From positions 64,001 to 128,000 of the forward strand of contig JAWXAQ010000027.1 of the NCBI GenBank assembly GCA_034439575.1: DNA of 64,000 nt. Direction: 5' to 3'. The position numbers and the translations under genes are program-made. Of this stretch, positions 9,497 to 19,424 are shown piece after piece. The notes under the pieces are model-generated. The model had not been told where the DNA came from, did not search any database, and worked only from the letters and a program-made list of their open reading frames with translations. Position 1 is the first letter of the stretch, and every line of letters starts with the position of its first letter. The DNA is from Leptospira sp. (GTDB lineage Bacteria > Spirochaetota > Leptospiria > Leptospirales > Leptospiraceae).

Positions 9497-10129
9497 ATGA
9501 AACAAAAATCATTGGAATTCGCAAAAATATTTCTTTCTCAGATTAATAAATGTGTCAATGAAATAGATTTGGATTTGTTAGCTGATGTCGCCTTGGAGAT
9601 TTATCATGCAAAAGAAGCAGGCAAACAAATATTTTTCTTTGGAAATGGCGGTAGTCATAGTATAGCGACACATCTTGCCTGCGATTTAGGAAAAGGCACG
9701 AAAGTTAATGGAAAAATAAATCAAACATTTTATAAAGTTTTTGCTTTGGATAGTGAAGCTTGGCTAACCGCGCAAGCGAACGATGGTAAAGAACCTTTCA
9801 CTTTAGGAGATTATCCAGGAACATATAACCATGGTTATGATGGTATATTTGTTGGACAGATGGAAAATTTTATTCAAGAAGGTGATATTGCTTTTGGAAT
9901 TTCAAGTTCGGGTAACAGTCAAAACGTTTTAAATGCACTTTTATTTGCGAAAAAAAAAGGCGCTAAAACTATCGCCCTCGTAGGCTTTGATGGGGGAAAA
10001 GCAAAGACAATTGCAGAAAAAGCAATTCTTGTGAAGACAGAACCAGGCAATTACGGGATCGTAGAAGCCGTCCATGAAATAATTCATCATTATATTTATG
10101 AATTACTCAAAAGTTTTGAAAAACAATAA
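9497..10129 (+). CDS. SIS-domain phosphosugar isomerase (GmhA-like)
   Basis: FGNGGS, TAQAND, GISSSGNSQNV, GFDGG, E..H motifs. Confidence 0.85.
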   Translation: MKQKSLEFAKIFLSQINKCVNEIDLDLLADVALEIYHAKEAGKQIFFFGNGGSHSIATHLACDLGKGTKVNGKINQTFYKVFALDSEAWLTAQANDGKEPFTLGDYPGTYNHGYDGIFVGQMENFIQEGDIAFGISSSGNSQNVLNALLFAKKKGAKTIALVGFDGGKAKTIAEKAILVKTEPGNYGIVEAVHEIIHHYIYELLKSFEKQ

Positions 10130-10160
10130 ATACGAATAAATCCGGATATTTAAATCAAAT

Positions 10161-11150
10161 ATGAAATCAAAAATTATAGTCATAGGCAGTAATAGTTTTT
10201 CAGGAGCCTCATTCGTAGACTTTTGTGCAGAATCTGGTTTTGATGTAATTGCAATTAGTCGTTCCGAAGAGTATCCGAATGTTTTTTTACCTTACAAATT
10301 AAACAAAAGAAAAAATGTAACTTTCGTTAAAGCGGATTTAAATACTGATATTGATCTTATAGTTAAAACTATTAAAGATAATAAGGCCTCGCTCATCGTA
10401 AACTTTGCCGCGCAAGGGATGGTTGCTGAAAGTTGGCAAAATCCTATCCATTGGTTTAGAACAAATACTCTCTCACACATTAAATTGCATGATCAATTGA
10501 GAAATTTTGACTTTATTGAAAAATACGTACATATCTCAACTCCAGAAGTTTATGGAAATTGTGAGGGTATTGTTGATGAAACATATCCTTATAATCCGAG
10601 TACACCATATGCAACATCGAAGGCTGCTTGTGATATGAGTTTAAAAACTTTTTATAAAAACTATTCTTTTCCAGTTTGTTGGACCAGAGCAGCAAATGTT
10701 TACGGTGCTTGCCAAGCACTTTACAGAATTATTCCAAAAACAATACTCTCTGTTAAATTGGGAAAAAAATTACCTCTTCATGGTGGTGGGCATTCAATAC
10801 GTGCATTTATTCATATCCGTGATGTATGCGATGCTACACTTAAAATTTTATGCAATTCTGAACCTGGCGAAATATATCACTTATCCACGAGTCGCTTTAT
10901 TTCGATCAGGGATCTTGTGCGGATGATCACAGATTCGTTAGGTGTGGTATATGAAGATGCTGTTGAGATTGTTTCAGATCGTCCTGGAAAAGATTCAGCA
11001 TATACTTTATCTAGTGAGAAACTTCGTAAAACATTGTTATGGGAAGATAAAATATCTCTGGAGAATGGAATCAATGAGACTGTTCGATGGATATCGGATA
11101 ATCTCGATGAACTAAAATTTTTACCTGACTATTATATCCATAAAGAATAA
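10161..11150 (+). CDS. NDP-sugar 4,6-dehydratase-like extended SDR (RmlB-related)
   Basis: GSNSFSG, STPEVYG, PYATSK, NVYG, RAFIHIRD, DRPGKD..Y. Confidence 0.85.
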   Translation: MKSKIIVIGSNSFSGASFVDFCAESGFDVIAISRSEEYPNVFLPYKLNKRKNVTFVKADLNTDIDLIVKTIKDNKASLIVNFAAQGMVAESWQNPIHWFRTNTLSHIKLHDQLRNFDFIEKYVHISTPEVYGNCEGIVDETYPYNPSTPYATSKAACDMSLKTFYKNYSFPVCWTRAANVYGACQALYRIIPKTILSVKLGKKLPLHGGGHSIRAFIHIRDVCDATLKILCNSEPGEIYHLSTSRFISIRDLVRMITDSLGVVYEDAVEIVSDRPGKDSAYTLSSEKLRKTLLWEDKISLENGINETVRWISDNLDELKFLPDYYIHKE

Positions 11151-11213
11151 GAAAAATGAATATAGATTCTAATTTTAAAGAAATAAATTAATAAAAGAGA
11201 AAAAGATATTAAT

Positions 11214-12164
11214 ATGAAAAAAATATTGTTAACGGGCGCTTGTGGGTATGTTGGGACTTTATTAACCAAAGTTTTGTTAAATGAAGGACACTCAGTTATC
11301 GGAGTTGATACTATGTGGTTCGGAAATTTTCTGCCAGAACATCCAAATCTGAAATTAATCAATTCTGATATACGCGATATTGATAACATTCCGATGGATG
11401 GAGTAGATATCATAATACATTTGGCAAATATTGCGAATGATCCTACTGGTGATTTGAATTCAAAAATGACTTGGGAAGTCAATGTTTTGGCTTCTATGTT
11501 ATTAGTAGAAAAAGCAATTAAGAATAAAGTAGGCCAATTTATATTTGCAAGTTCAGGAAGCGTTTATGGTGTCAAAGAGGAGCCTGAAGTAACTGAAGAT
11601 TTGGAATTGATTCCAATAAGTGATTATAACAAAACAAAAATGATAAGCGAAAGAGTTTTACTTAGTTATCGTGATCAAATTTGTGTTCAATGTATTCGAC
11701 CGGCAACAGTTTGTGGTTACTCTCCTCGTATGCGATTGGATTTGTCCGTTAATATGTTGACTATGCAAGCGATTAAGAATAAAAAAATCACTGTATTTGG
11801 CGGAAATCAAACTCGTCCGAATATCCATATAGATGATTTGGTCAGAGTGTATTTGCATTTTATTTCTAAGGGTACAAATCTATCTGGCATATTTAACGCA
11901 GGATTTGAAAACATTTCTATATTAGAAATTGCGAATAGAGTCACAAAACATGCACCAGCGGAAATTATTGTAAGTGAGTCAAATGATCCAAGGTCTTACA
12001 GACTAAATTCAGACAAATTAATAAAGTCAGGATTCAATCCTCAAAAAACAGTAGAAAACGCTATTAAAGAAGTGATTCAAGCATTTCAAGAAGGTATACT
12101 TGTTGATGATGAAAAATTCTACAATGTTAAAATGATGGTTAAGTTAAATTTAAACGGCAAATAG
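11214..12164 (+). CDS. NAD-dependent epimerase/dehydratase
   Basis: TGACGYVG, ASSGSVYG, YNKTK, RPATVCGYSPRMRLDL. Confidence 0.88.
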   Translation: MKKILLTGACGYVGTLLTKVLLNEGHSVIGVDTMWFGNFLPEHPNLKLINSDIRDIDNIPMDGVDIIIHLANIANDPTGDLNSKMTWEVNVLASMLLVEKAIKNKVGQFIFASSGSVYGVKEEPEVTEDLELIPISDYNKTKMISERVLLSYRDQICVQCIRPATVCGYSPRMRLDLSVNMLTMQAIKNKKITVFGGNQTRPNIHIDDLVRVYLHFISKGTNLSGIFNAGFENISILEIANRVTKHAPAEIIVSESNDPRSYRLNSDKLIKSGFNPQKTVENAIKEVIQAFQEGILVDDEKFYNVKMMVKLNLNGK

Positions 12165-12165
12165 T

Positions 12166-12825
12166 ATGGGAAAAGAAATCGACCTTCTAATAAATTACCC
12201 TAAAACTAATAGAAATGTAAATGAAAGAGGTGCTGAAAAAACCGAAGAAGATCGGGCCATCGCCAGAAAATTTGATAAGGAATTTTTTGATGGTGATAGA
12301 CGAACCGGCTATGGCGGTTTTAATTATATGCCAAGATTTTGGCAGCCAGTAATCCCTACCTTTAAAGAATATTGGAATTTAACGGCGGATAGTTCCGTTT
12401 TAGATGTTGGATGCGCAAAAGGGTTTATGTTGTATGATTTATCTCTCCTTATCCCAGGTATAAAAGTAAAAGGCATTGATGTTTCAAACTATGCGATCGA
12501 AAATGCGAAAGAAGAAATTAAACAGAATCTCGAAGTAGCGGATGTTAGAAGTCTTCCTTTCGAAAATGATTCTTTTGACGTTGTCATTTCCATAAATACT
12601 GTCCATAATTTAGAAAAAGATGATCTTGCAATAGCCCTGCAAGAAATCGAACGCGTCAGCCGTGGCAAAAGTTTTATTACAGTCGATGCATTTCGCAATG
12701 ATGAAGAACAACAGAGAATGAATGCTTGGAATCTGACGGCAAAAACAATTATGAGTGTAGATGATTGGGTTAAGTTTTTTAAAGAAGTTGGCTATACTGG
12801 TGATTACTTTTGGTTTATCCCCTAA
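12166..12825 (+). CDS. class I SAM-dependent methyltransferase
   Basis: VLDVGCAKG motif I, GIDVS, LPFENDSFDVVIS. Confidence 0.88.
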   Translation: MGKEIDLLINYPKTNRNVNERGAEKTEEDRAIARKFDKEFFDGDRRTGYGGFNYMPRFWQPVIPTFKEYWNLTADSSVLDVGCAKGFMLYDLSLLIPGIKVKGIDVSNYAIENAKEEIKQNLEVADVRSLPFENDSFDVVISINTVHNLEKDDLAIALQEIERVSRGKSFITVDAFRNDEEQQRMNAWNLTAKTIMSVDDWVKFFKEVGYTGDYFWFIP

Positions 12826-12846
12826 TATTTTTGGATCCGCATAACA

Positions 12847-13812
12847 ATGATTGAAGATTTAAATATTCTCCTACTTCGCTCTATGATGAAAATTAGAATC
12901 GTAGAAGAGATGATAGCTGAAAGATATAACGAAGGTAAAATGAGATGTCCTACTCATTTAAGCATTGGACAGGAAGCTGTATCTGCCGCTGTGGGTTTAG
13001 CTCTTAGAAAGGATGATTTTGCAGTCAGCACACACCGGGCTCACGGTCATTATTTAGGGAAAGGCGGCGATCTAAATCGAATGATCGCTGAGATTTATGG
13101 TAAAGAAACAGGATGCAGCGCGGGTAAGGGTGGCTCTATGCATCTAATCGATACATCTGTCGGATTTATGGGGAGCACCGCTATCGTTGGAAACACGATA
13201 CCAGTTGGGGTCGGACTTGGTCTTTCGATTCGGCTAAACGCGACTGATCAAGTTAGTTGCGTTTTTCTCGGTGATGGTGCCATTGAAGAAGGCTCGTTTT
13301 ATGAGTCTGTTAACTTTGCTGTTCTAAAGAATTTACCCGTAATTTTTATATGCGAAAATAATTTTTATTCAGTATATACACCACTTATAAAAAGACAACC
13401 TCCTGGTCGAAAAATACATGCTATGGTGCGCGAGATGGGAATTGATATTTCCTTTGGCGATGGAAATGATATATTGGCAGTTTATAATAAACTAAAAGAA
13501 ATTATTACTTCCATGAGAACCAATCCGAGACCATTTTTTTTTGAACTAACTACGTATAGGTGGAGAGAACATTGCGGCCCAAATTTTGATAATCATATTG
13601 GATATAGATCGGAAGAAGAATTTCAGCTCTGGAAAGAAAGAGATCCGATTCGAATATTTCAAGATAAGTTAATTTCATCATCTTCATTATCAACGAAAGT
13701 TATAGACCAATTAAATCTTGAATTAACTTTAGAAGCACAAAAAGCATTTGAATTTGCAGAAAATTCTCCATACCCTCACGAGAGAGAAATTTTCACTCAC
13801 GAGTATAAGTAA
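12847..13812 (+). CDS. TPP-dependent dehydrogenase E1 alpha subunit-like
   Basis: HLSIGQEA, THRAHGH, GKGGSMH, GDGA...ENN TPP motif, YRWREH. Confidence 0.92.
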   Translation: MIEDLNILLLRSMMKIRIVEEMIAERYNEGKMRCPTHLSIGQEAVSAAVGLALRKDDFAVSTHRAHGHYLGKGGDLNRMIAEIYGKETGCSAGKGGSMHLIDTSVGFMGSTAIVGNTIPVGVGLGLSIRLNATDQVSCVFLGDGAIEEGSFYESVNFAVLKNLPVIFICENNFYSVYTPLIKRQPPGRKIHAMVREMGIDISFGDGNDILAVYNKLKEIITSMRTNPRPFFFELTTYRWREHCGPNFDNHIGYRSEEEFQLWKERDPIRIFQDKLISSSSLSTKVIDQLNLELTLEAQKAFEFAENSPYPHEREIFTHEYK

Positions 13813-13813
13813 T

Positions 13814-14872
13814 ATGAGTAGACCAATATTATATTCAGAAGCTATCAATGAAGCACTTTTTGTTGCTATGGAAAAAGACCAAAAAGTAATCAAATTTGGG
13901 TTAGGTGTTGATGATCCGAAGGGTGTATTTGGGACGACACTAGGTTTACAAGAAAGATTTGGTAGCGAACGGGTTTTTGATATGCCAACATCGGAAAATG
14001 GCATGACTGGAATAGCAATTGGTGCCTCACTGAATGGAATTCGTCCAGTGATGACACACCAGCGTTTAGATTTTTTTCTTTTGGCTTTGGATCAATTGGT
14101 GAATAATGCAGCTAAGTGGCATTTTATGTTTGGTGGTCAATCTTCTATACCTATTACCATTCGTTTGATCCTTGGACATGGATGGGGACAAGGACCTACT
14201 CATTCTCAAAATTTGCAATCTTGGTTCGCCCATATTCCTGGTCTAAAGGTTGTTATGCCAACAACGGCGGCAGACGCTAAAGGTTTGCTTTTATCTTCCA
14301 TTTTTGATGAGAACCCAGTTGTATTTCTAGAGCACCGATGGCTCCATAATACAATAGGTGAAGTGCCTGAGGGTGATTTTCGTATTCCGATTGGAAAAGC
14401 CAATTTACTTAAAACGGGATCTGATATTACAATTGTTTCAATGTCGTATATGACTATCGAAGCTCTACATGCAATTGAATACTTAGAATTAAATAATATT
14501 AGTTGTGACTTAATTGATTTAAGAACGGTTCGTCCAATTGATTGGGAATTAATATTTAATTCAGTAGGTAAAACTGGAAGACTTTTGGTTTTAGATACTG
14601 CATCAGAATTTTGTTCCGTTTCAAGTGAAATAGTAGCTACCGTAGTTTCCAAGTTATTTGGAAAATTAAAACAGGCCCCAATGCGGATCGCACAACCGGA
14701 CAAAGCATCACCTACCAGTTTTGAATTAACAAAACACTATTATCGTAGGGCTGAAGACATTTTTAAAACAGTTGGTGAAATGTTAGGTGTAGATTTAGAT
14801 ACTTCTGACATAATAAATAGTAGAAAATTTCCTCACGATGTTCCTGGGGATTGGTTCAAAGGTCCCTTCTGA
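13814..14872 (+). CDS. TPP-dependent dehydrogenase E1 beta subunit-like (transketolase C-terminal type)
   Basis: ERVFDMPTSEN, GPTHSQ, PGLKVVMP, PVVFLEHR, IDLRTVRPID; ATG 13814 lies 1 nt after the alpha stop. Confidence 0.92.
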   Translation: MSRPILYSEAINEALFVAMEKDQKVIKFGLGVDDPKGVFGTTLGLQERFGSERVFDMPTSENGMTGIAIGASLNGIRPVMTHQRLDFFLLALDQLVNNAAKWHFMFGGQSSIPITIRLILGHGWGQGPTHSQNLQSWFAHIPGLKVVMPTTAADAKGLLLSSIFDENPVVFLEHRWLHNTIGEVPEGDFRIPIGKANLLKTGSDITIVSMSYMTIEALHAIEYLELNNISCDLIDLRTVRPIDWELIFNSVGKTGRLLVLDTASEFCSVSSEIVATVVSKLFGKLKQAPMRIAQPDKASPTSFELTKHYYRRAEDIFKTVGEMLGVDLDTSDIINSRKFPHDVPGDWFKGPF

Positions 14873-14905
14873 TATGAATGTATTTTATTAATTAAAAAAA
14901 TAAGA

Positions 14906-16678
14906 ATGAAGTTATCTGATTATATAATAGATTTTCTCGCCAAAAAGAATGTGACTCATTTTTTTGGAATGTCTGGTGGTGCAGCAGTTCATTTGTTTGA
15001 TTCTGTATCAAAACATAAAGATACTCATTATGTTTGTTCTCAACATGAGCAATCAGCAGCAATTTCTGCCGATGGATATGCACGAGTTACTGGAAAATTG
15101 GGTGTAGCAATTACGACTAGTGGTCCTGGTGCAACTAATCTTTTAACGGGCGTATGTTGTTCTTATTATGATTCTATACCCACGCTAATGTTAACAGGAC
15201 AGGTTTCTAGACAAAGATTAAAGAAAGATTTAAAAGTTAGGCAACTTGGTTTCCAAGAAACAGATATCGTCGATATTTTCCGATCTGTTACTAAATACTC
15301 TGCTCAAGTTCTTGATCCTGGGTCCATTCGATATCATTTAGAAAAAGCATATTATTATGCCTTTGAAGGAAGACCAGGATCCGTATTACTTGATATTCCT
15401 GATGATTTGCAACGTGTAGAGATTAATCCTGATGAACTTCAAGGTTTTTCACCGGATAAAATAGAATATGATTTTTCAAAGATAAATGTACAAATTAAAG
15501 AATTGTTAGAATTAATAAAATTAAGCAAACGTCCAATTATTGTGTTAGGTGGTGGATTAAATACTCCTAGAATCGACTCAAAAAAACTTGAGAATATAAT
15601 AAATATTTTAAAGATTCCTGTATTATGTTCATGGGCTGGTGTTGATACGATTGAAGGAGAAAATCCATATAACATTGGAACATTTGGTGTTTATGGTCCA
15701 AGGTTTGGAAATTTTGCGATACAAAATTCTGATTTGATTATTAGTTTAGGTTGTCGATTATCTCAAAATTTAACAGGAGGAATACTATCTTCCTTCGCAA
15801 CTGAAGCAAGGATTATAATGGTTGATGCTGATAAAGCAGAATTAGATAAATTTGATAATCGTGGCATTGATATACATCATAGAATTCAATCATCCTTGGA
15901 TTTATTTATCAATTCATTACTTCCTGAGCTAAAAGACTATGCAGAGAATTTTCAAGAATGGTTAACGAAAGTTAAATTTTGGAAAGAAAAATTTCCGCTC
16001 ACACGACAAACTATAAAAACAAATAACCATGTTGATGCGTATGAATTCGTGGCAAAACTATCAAAGTATGCATCTCCAGGAGAAAAAATATTTGTAGATA
16101 CTGGTGGGAATTTAACTTGGACTTTGAATCAATGGAAAGTTAAAAAAGACCAAAGAATTATTTCTGCATGGAATAATACTCCTATGGGTTATTCTTTGCC
16201 AGCGAGCATTGGAGCAGCATTTGCAAATTCTCAAGACTCTATAACATGTATAATCGGGGATGGTGGATTAATGATTTGTCTCTCCGAGTTGGCGACTCTT
16301 TTGAAGCATAAATTGAATATTAAGGTATTCTTATTTAATAATCATTCGCACGGTATACAAAAGCAGACTCTTCAAACTTGGTTAAATGGTAATTATGTGG
16401 GAGTCGATCCAGACTCAGGATTAGCATTTCCTGATTTTAAAAAAGTAGCTACAGCATTCGATCTACAATTATTTGATATTTATAATGAAGATGACTTAGA
16501 TCAGAATCTTCAAGAAATTTATAAAATCAAAGGGCCAGTTTTCTGTAATGTGGAAATTAACCCAGATCAAAAATTATATCCTGTAGTAAAGTTTGGTGCC
16601 GCACTCGAAAACCAACTTCCACAACTAGATGAAGAAATAATTAAATCTGAAATGATTGTTAAACCTTTTAATTTATAA
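14906..16678 (+). CDS. acetolactate-synthase-like TPP-binding protein (YerE-like carboligase)
   Basis: HEQSAAISADGYAR, TSGPGATN, GFQETD, GRPG.VLLDIP.D, GDGG...NN; no ALS small subunit nearby. Confidence 0.9.
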   Translation: MKLSDYIIDFLAKKNVTHFFGMSGGAAVHLFDSVSKHKDTHYVCSQHEQSAAISADGYARVTGKLGVAITTSGPGATNLLTGVCCSYYDSIPTLMLTGQVSRQRLKKDLKVRQLGFQETDIVDIFRSVTKYSAQVLDPGSIRYHLEKAYYYAFEGRPGSVLLDIPDDLQRVEINPDELQGFSPDKIEYDFSKINVQIKELLELIKLSKRPIIVLGGGLNTPRIDSKKLENIINILKIPVLCSWAGVDTIEGENPYNIGTFGVYGPRFGNFAIQNSDLIISLGCRLSQNLTGGILSSFATEARIIMVDADKAELDKFDNRGIDIHHRIQSSLDLFINSLLPELKDYAENFQEWLTKVKFWKEKFPLTRQTIKTNNHVDAYEFVAKLSKYASPGEKIFVDTGGNLTWTLNQWKVKKDQRIISAWNNTPMGYSLPASIGAAFANSQDSITCIIGDGGLMICLSELATLLKHKLNIKVFLFNNHSHGIQKQTLQTWLNGNYVGVDPDSGLAFPDFKKVATAFDLQLFDIYNEDDLDQNLQEIYKIKGPVFCNVEINPDQKLYPVVKFGAALENQLPQLDEEIIKSEMIVKPFNL

Positions 16679-16679
16679 A

Positions 16680-17480
16680 ATGCAGGATTCAATTTTAATT
16701 ATCGGAATTAGTAGTGATATTGGAATCAATCTTGCTAAATTATACCAAGAGAAGGGATACCAAGTTTATGGCACTGCAAGAGATTCTTCTCAGATCAACA
16801 CAATAGAAAATACAAAGATATTCAATCTTGATTTTTCAAAGCCCGAAAGTATTTCGGATTGCGCTAAACTTATTTTAAATGATGGAATCACATTTTCAAA
16901 GGTGATTTTTTCTATCGGTTTACTCAGTCCGATCGGGAATTTTTTTGATTTAGACTTTGATGAGTGGCAGGCATCCTTCGCGATCAATTCATTGCATCAA
17001 TTAAAGTTTCTGCATATTTTAAGACCTTTACTATCGCAAGGCAGTTCCGTTATTTTTTTTCACGGCGGGGCACCTAACGGTGTGCTGGTTAATTATTCAG
17101 CATATAGTTTGGCAAAGGTCACTTTGGCAAAATTTGTAGAATACTTAGATGCAGAGGATTCTGGAGTGAGTTATTTTATTCTCGGTACAGGTTGGGTTAG
17201 AACGAAACTTCATAATCAATCGATAGACGCAGGATCAAAGGCGGGGATTAATTTTTCTAGAACTAAAGAATTCTTGGAAAATGATCATAAGGGAACAAGT
17301 TTTCAGGAAATTTTTGATTGCATTAATTGGTTTTCTGAAAAGGGAAAAAAGGTTGCAGGTGGTCGCAATTTTTCAATCGTTTCTGATGCCTGGGGCGATA
17401 AATCTGACAAGTCTAGTGCCTTAGTTGACGAATTGATACTCGATGCTGATATGTATAAGTTAAGACGATATAAAAATTAA
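16680..17480 (+). CDS. short-chain dehydrogenase/reductase
   Basis: GISSDIG nucleotide-binding variant, YSLAK catalytic motif; ATG 16680 follows the upstream stop. Confidence 0.8.
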   Translation: MQDSILIIGISSDIGINLAKLYQEKGYQVYGTARDSSQINTIENTKIFNLDFSKPESISDCAKLILNDGITFSKVIFSIGLLSPIGNFFDLDFDEWQASFAINSLHQLKFLHILRPLLSQGSSVIFFHGGAPNGVLVNYSAYSLAKVTLAKFVEYLDAEDSGVSYFILGTGWVRTKLHNQSIDAGSKAGINFSRTKEFLENDHKGTSFQEIFDCINWFSEKGKKVAGGRNFSIVSDAWGDKSDKSSALVDELILDADMYKLRRYKN

Positions 17481-17497
17481 TCTTTAAGAGTTTATAA

Positions 17498-18355
17498 ATG
17501 AATTCAAAATCAATTTTAGAAGGGATTATTCTTTCCCTACCAGAAATTTCAAAATCCCATAGAAGAAGTTCCGAAACATATCAGTTATATGACATTATAT
17601 TAAAGGAAGAAGTTAAGAAATTATTTTCTGACGATTCAATTCAACCAAAAAGTTTTTTACCTTTTGGTGAACTTATTTTTCCTTATTTCAAAATGGGGGC
17701 TATTGATTCATTAGATCTTTTTGGTTTAGATGAATTGATAATTTTTAGTTATTACTGGAAGAACAAAGATAAATATAAGAACGTTGCAGACATTGGGGCA
17801 AATATCGGTCTTCATTCGATTATTCTTAGTAAATGTGGATTCAATGTTAGGTCCTTTGAACCGGATCCTATACATTATGATAAAATTCAAAATAATTTAA
17901 TGTTAAACAAGTGTGCGGGTGTTGAAGTGTTTCAAAAGGCGATATCCAAAGTAGCTGGCACTGCAGAATTTGTAAGAGTCAAAGGAAATACAACTGGTAG
18001 TCATCTTGCTGGCTCTAAATCAAATACATATGGTGAATTAGATAAGTTTACCGTTGATATAGAGCCATTTCGTCCAGTAATACAATGGGCCGACTTAGTT
18101 AAGTTAGACGCAGAAGGACATGAAAAAGAAATATTGCTGTCGACGGAAGCATCAGATTGGGAAAATACCGATGTTATGGTTGAAATAGGTAGTATAGAAA
18201 ATGCTACAGCTATTTTTGAACATTGTAAAAAATTTGAAGTTAATATCTTTATTCAAAAACATAATTGGGAAAAGGCAACTACTGCCTCTGAATTACCAAT
18301 TAGTCATCGGGAAGGATCTGCCTTCCTTTCTAAAAAGAATATAATGCCTTGGTAA
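17498..18355 (+). CDS. FkbM-family methyltransferase
   Basis: DIGANIGLHS, FEPDP, KLDAEGHE. Confidence 0.88.
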   Translation: MNSKSILEGIILSLPEISKSHRRSSETYQLYDIILKEEVKKLFSDDSIQPKSFLPFGELIFPYFKMGAIDSLDLFGLDELIIFSYYWKNKDKYKNVADIGANIGLHSIILSKCGFNVRSFEPDPIHYDKIQNNLMLNKCAGVEVFQKAISKVAGTAEFVRVKGNTTGSHLAGSKSNTYGELDKFTVDIEPFRPVIQWADLVKLDAEGHEKEILLSTEASDWENTDVMVEIGSIENATAIFEHCKKFEVNIFIQKHNWEKATTASELPISHREGSAFLSKKNIMPW

Positions 18356-18356
18356 A

Positions 18357-18881
18357 TTGATTTCGATGATTGAATTTTTTGTAGGTATATACTTCTTTTT
18401 ATTATTTTTCATTCTTCATATATTTCTTTGGAGAACAAATATAATACAAAAGAAGCCATCCAATATTCTATTCATTTATATCATTTCATTTGTAATAGCC
18501 GTTGTTACATTTCATTTCTTAATTTATCCATCTTTGGATTTAAATTTTTCTGAAATTTTCATAGTATTACATGCAACTTTATTATCCTTCTCCCTTTTTT
18601 GTGCTTATTTGATGACTTACCCCGGGATCGAATCAGATAGCCCATCTTGTACGATTTTATTAAATATCGAAAAGAATAATAAACAAGGAACCAAGTTTAG
18701 TCAAATTGCAGAAGTGATTACTGATGATATAATGACTTTAGAAAGAATTAATGGATTAGTTAGAGATCAAAAACTATTGTTTGTTAACGGGAAGTATAAA
18801 TTAACTCAATCTGGAAAAAGATTTTTGAATCTATTTGTTTTGATTCGTAAAATTTATACAGATGAACCATTTAAAGGATAA
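18357..18881 (+). CDS. hypothetical membrane protein (about 3 TM plus soluble C-terminus)
   Basis: Hydrophobic N-terminal half, C-terminal ERINGL...YKLTQSGKRF; tightly coupled to neighbours. Confidence 0.65.
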   Translation: MISMIEFFVGIYFFLLFFILHIFLWRTNIIQKKPSNILFIYIISFVIAVVTFHFLIYPSLDLNFSEIFIVLHATLLSFSLFCAYLMTYPGIESDSPSCTILLNIEKNNKQGTKFSQIAEVITDDIMTLERINGLVRDQKLLFVNGKYKLTQSGKRFLNLFVLIRKIYTDEPFKG

Positions 18882-18882
18882 T

Positions 18883-19410
18883 ATGAAAACTGAAATTCTT
18901 GAACTATGTTTTCCTATTCTTGCTTTGATTTTAATGGGTTTACTACAAATAATACTGCATCGGATTTTCAGAGTAGGATCAATCATTACTAGTTTTCTCG
19001 CAAGTTTTATGATAAATTTTGTTGTTTTAGCAATAGCGCAAAGTGTATACTTTCATTATTCCGATTTAAATTGTTTAGATTCTTTCTTTAGACAATTCAC
19101 AAATCTTCTCATTTATTTTTGTATCGCGTTTTGTTTTATTAATCTCCTGAATATCGGTGAAGCTTCGCTTAGAGTTAAAATCTTATATAATATGAGTCTT
19201 ATTCCTGAAGGAATGCCAAGTTCAGAAATTTTGAAAACATACAGCGCCGATGAGATTATAAAATTGCGATTGGAAAGATTATTAGCTAACGGGCAAGTGA
19301 TTCAAAAAGATGAGTTTTTCTTTTTGGGAAAAAATAGGCAGCTATTATTAGCTAAGTTTTTTCTTTTTTGGAGAAAACTTATTTTTGGTAATAAGTATCC
19401 TAAATATTAG
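18883..19410 (+). CDS. hypothetical membrane protein (about 3 TM plus soluble C-terminus)
   Basis: AAGGA RBS before ATG 18883; same architecture as the preceding ORF (SLRVKIL...RLERLL). Confidence 0.65.
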   Translation: MKTEILELCFPILALILMGLLQIILHRIFRVGSIITSFLASFMINFVVLAIAQSVYFHYSDLNCLDSFFRQFTNLLIYFCIAFCFINLLNIGEASLRVKILYNMSLIPEGMPSSEILKTYSADEIIKLRLERLLANGQVIQKDEFFFLGKNRQLLLAKFFLFWRKLIFGNKYPKY

Positions 19411-19424
19411 AATTAATTAAAGTT

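Noticed and set aside
9950-9958. A9 run in the SIS gene (similar A/T 8-9 runs near 35573 and 46172) as phase-variation tracts
   Set aside because: The genes are in frame, and such runs are expected at this AT content; there is no evidence of switching.
12847-14872. Housekeeping pyruvate dehydrogenase pdhA/pdhB
   Set aside because: No E2/E3 or lipoyl-domain genes are adjacent and the pair is embedded among sugar-nucleotide genes, so gene symbols were withheld.
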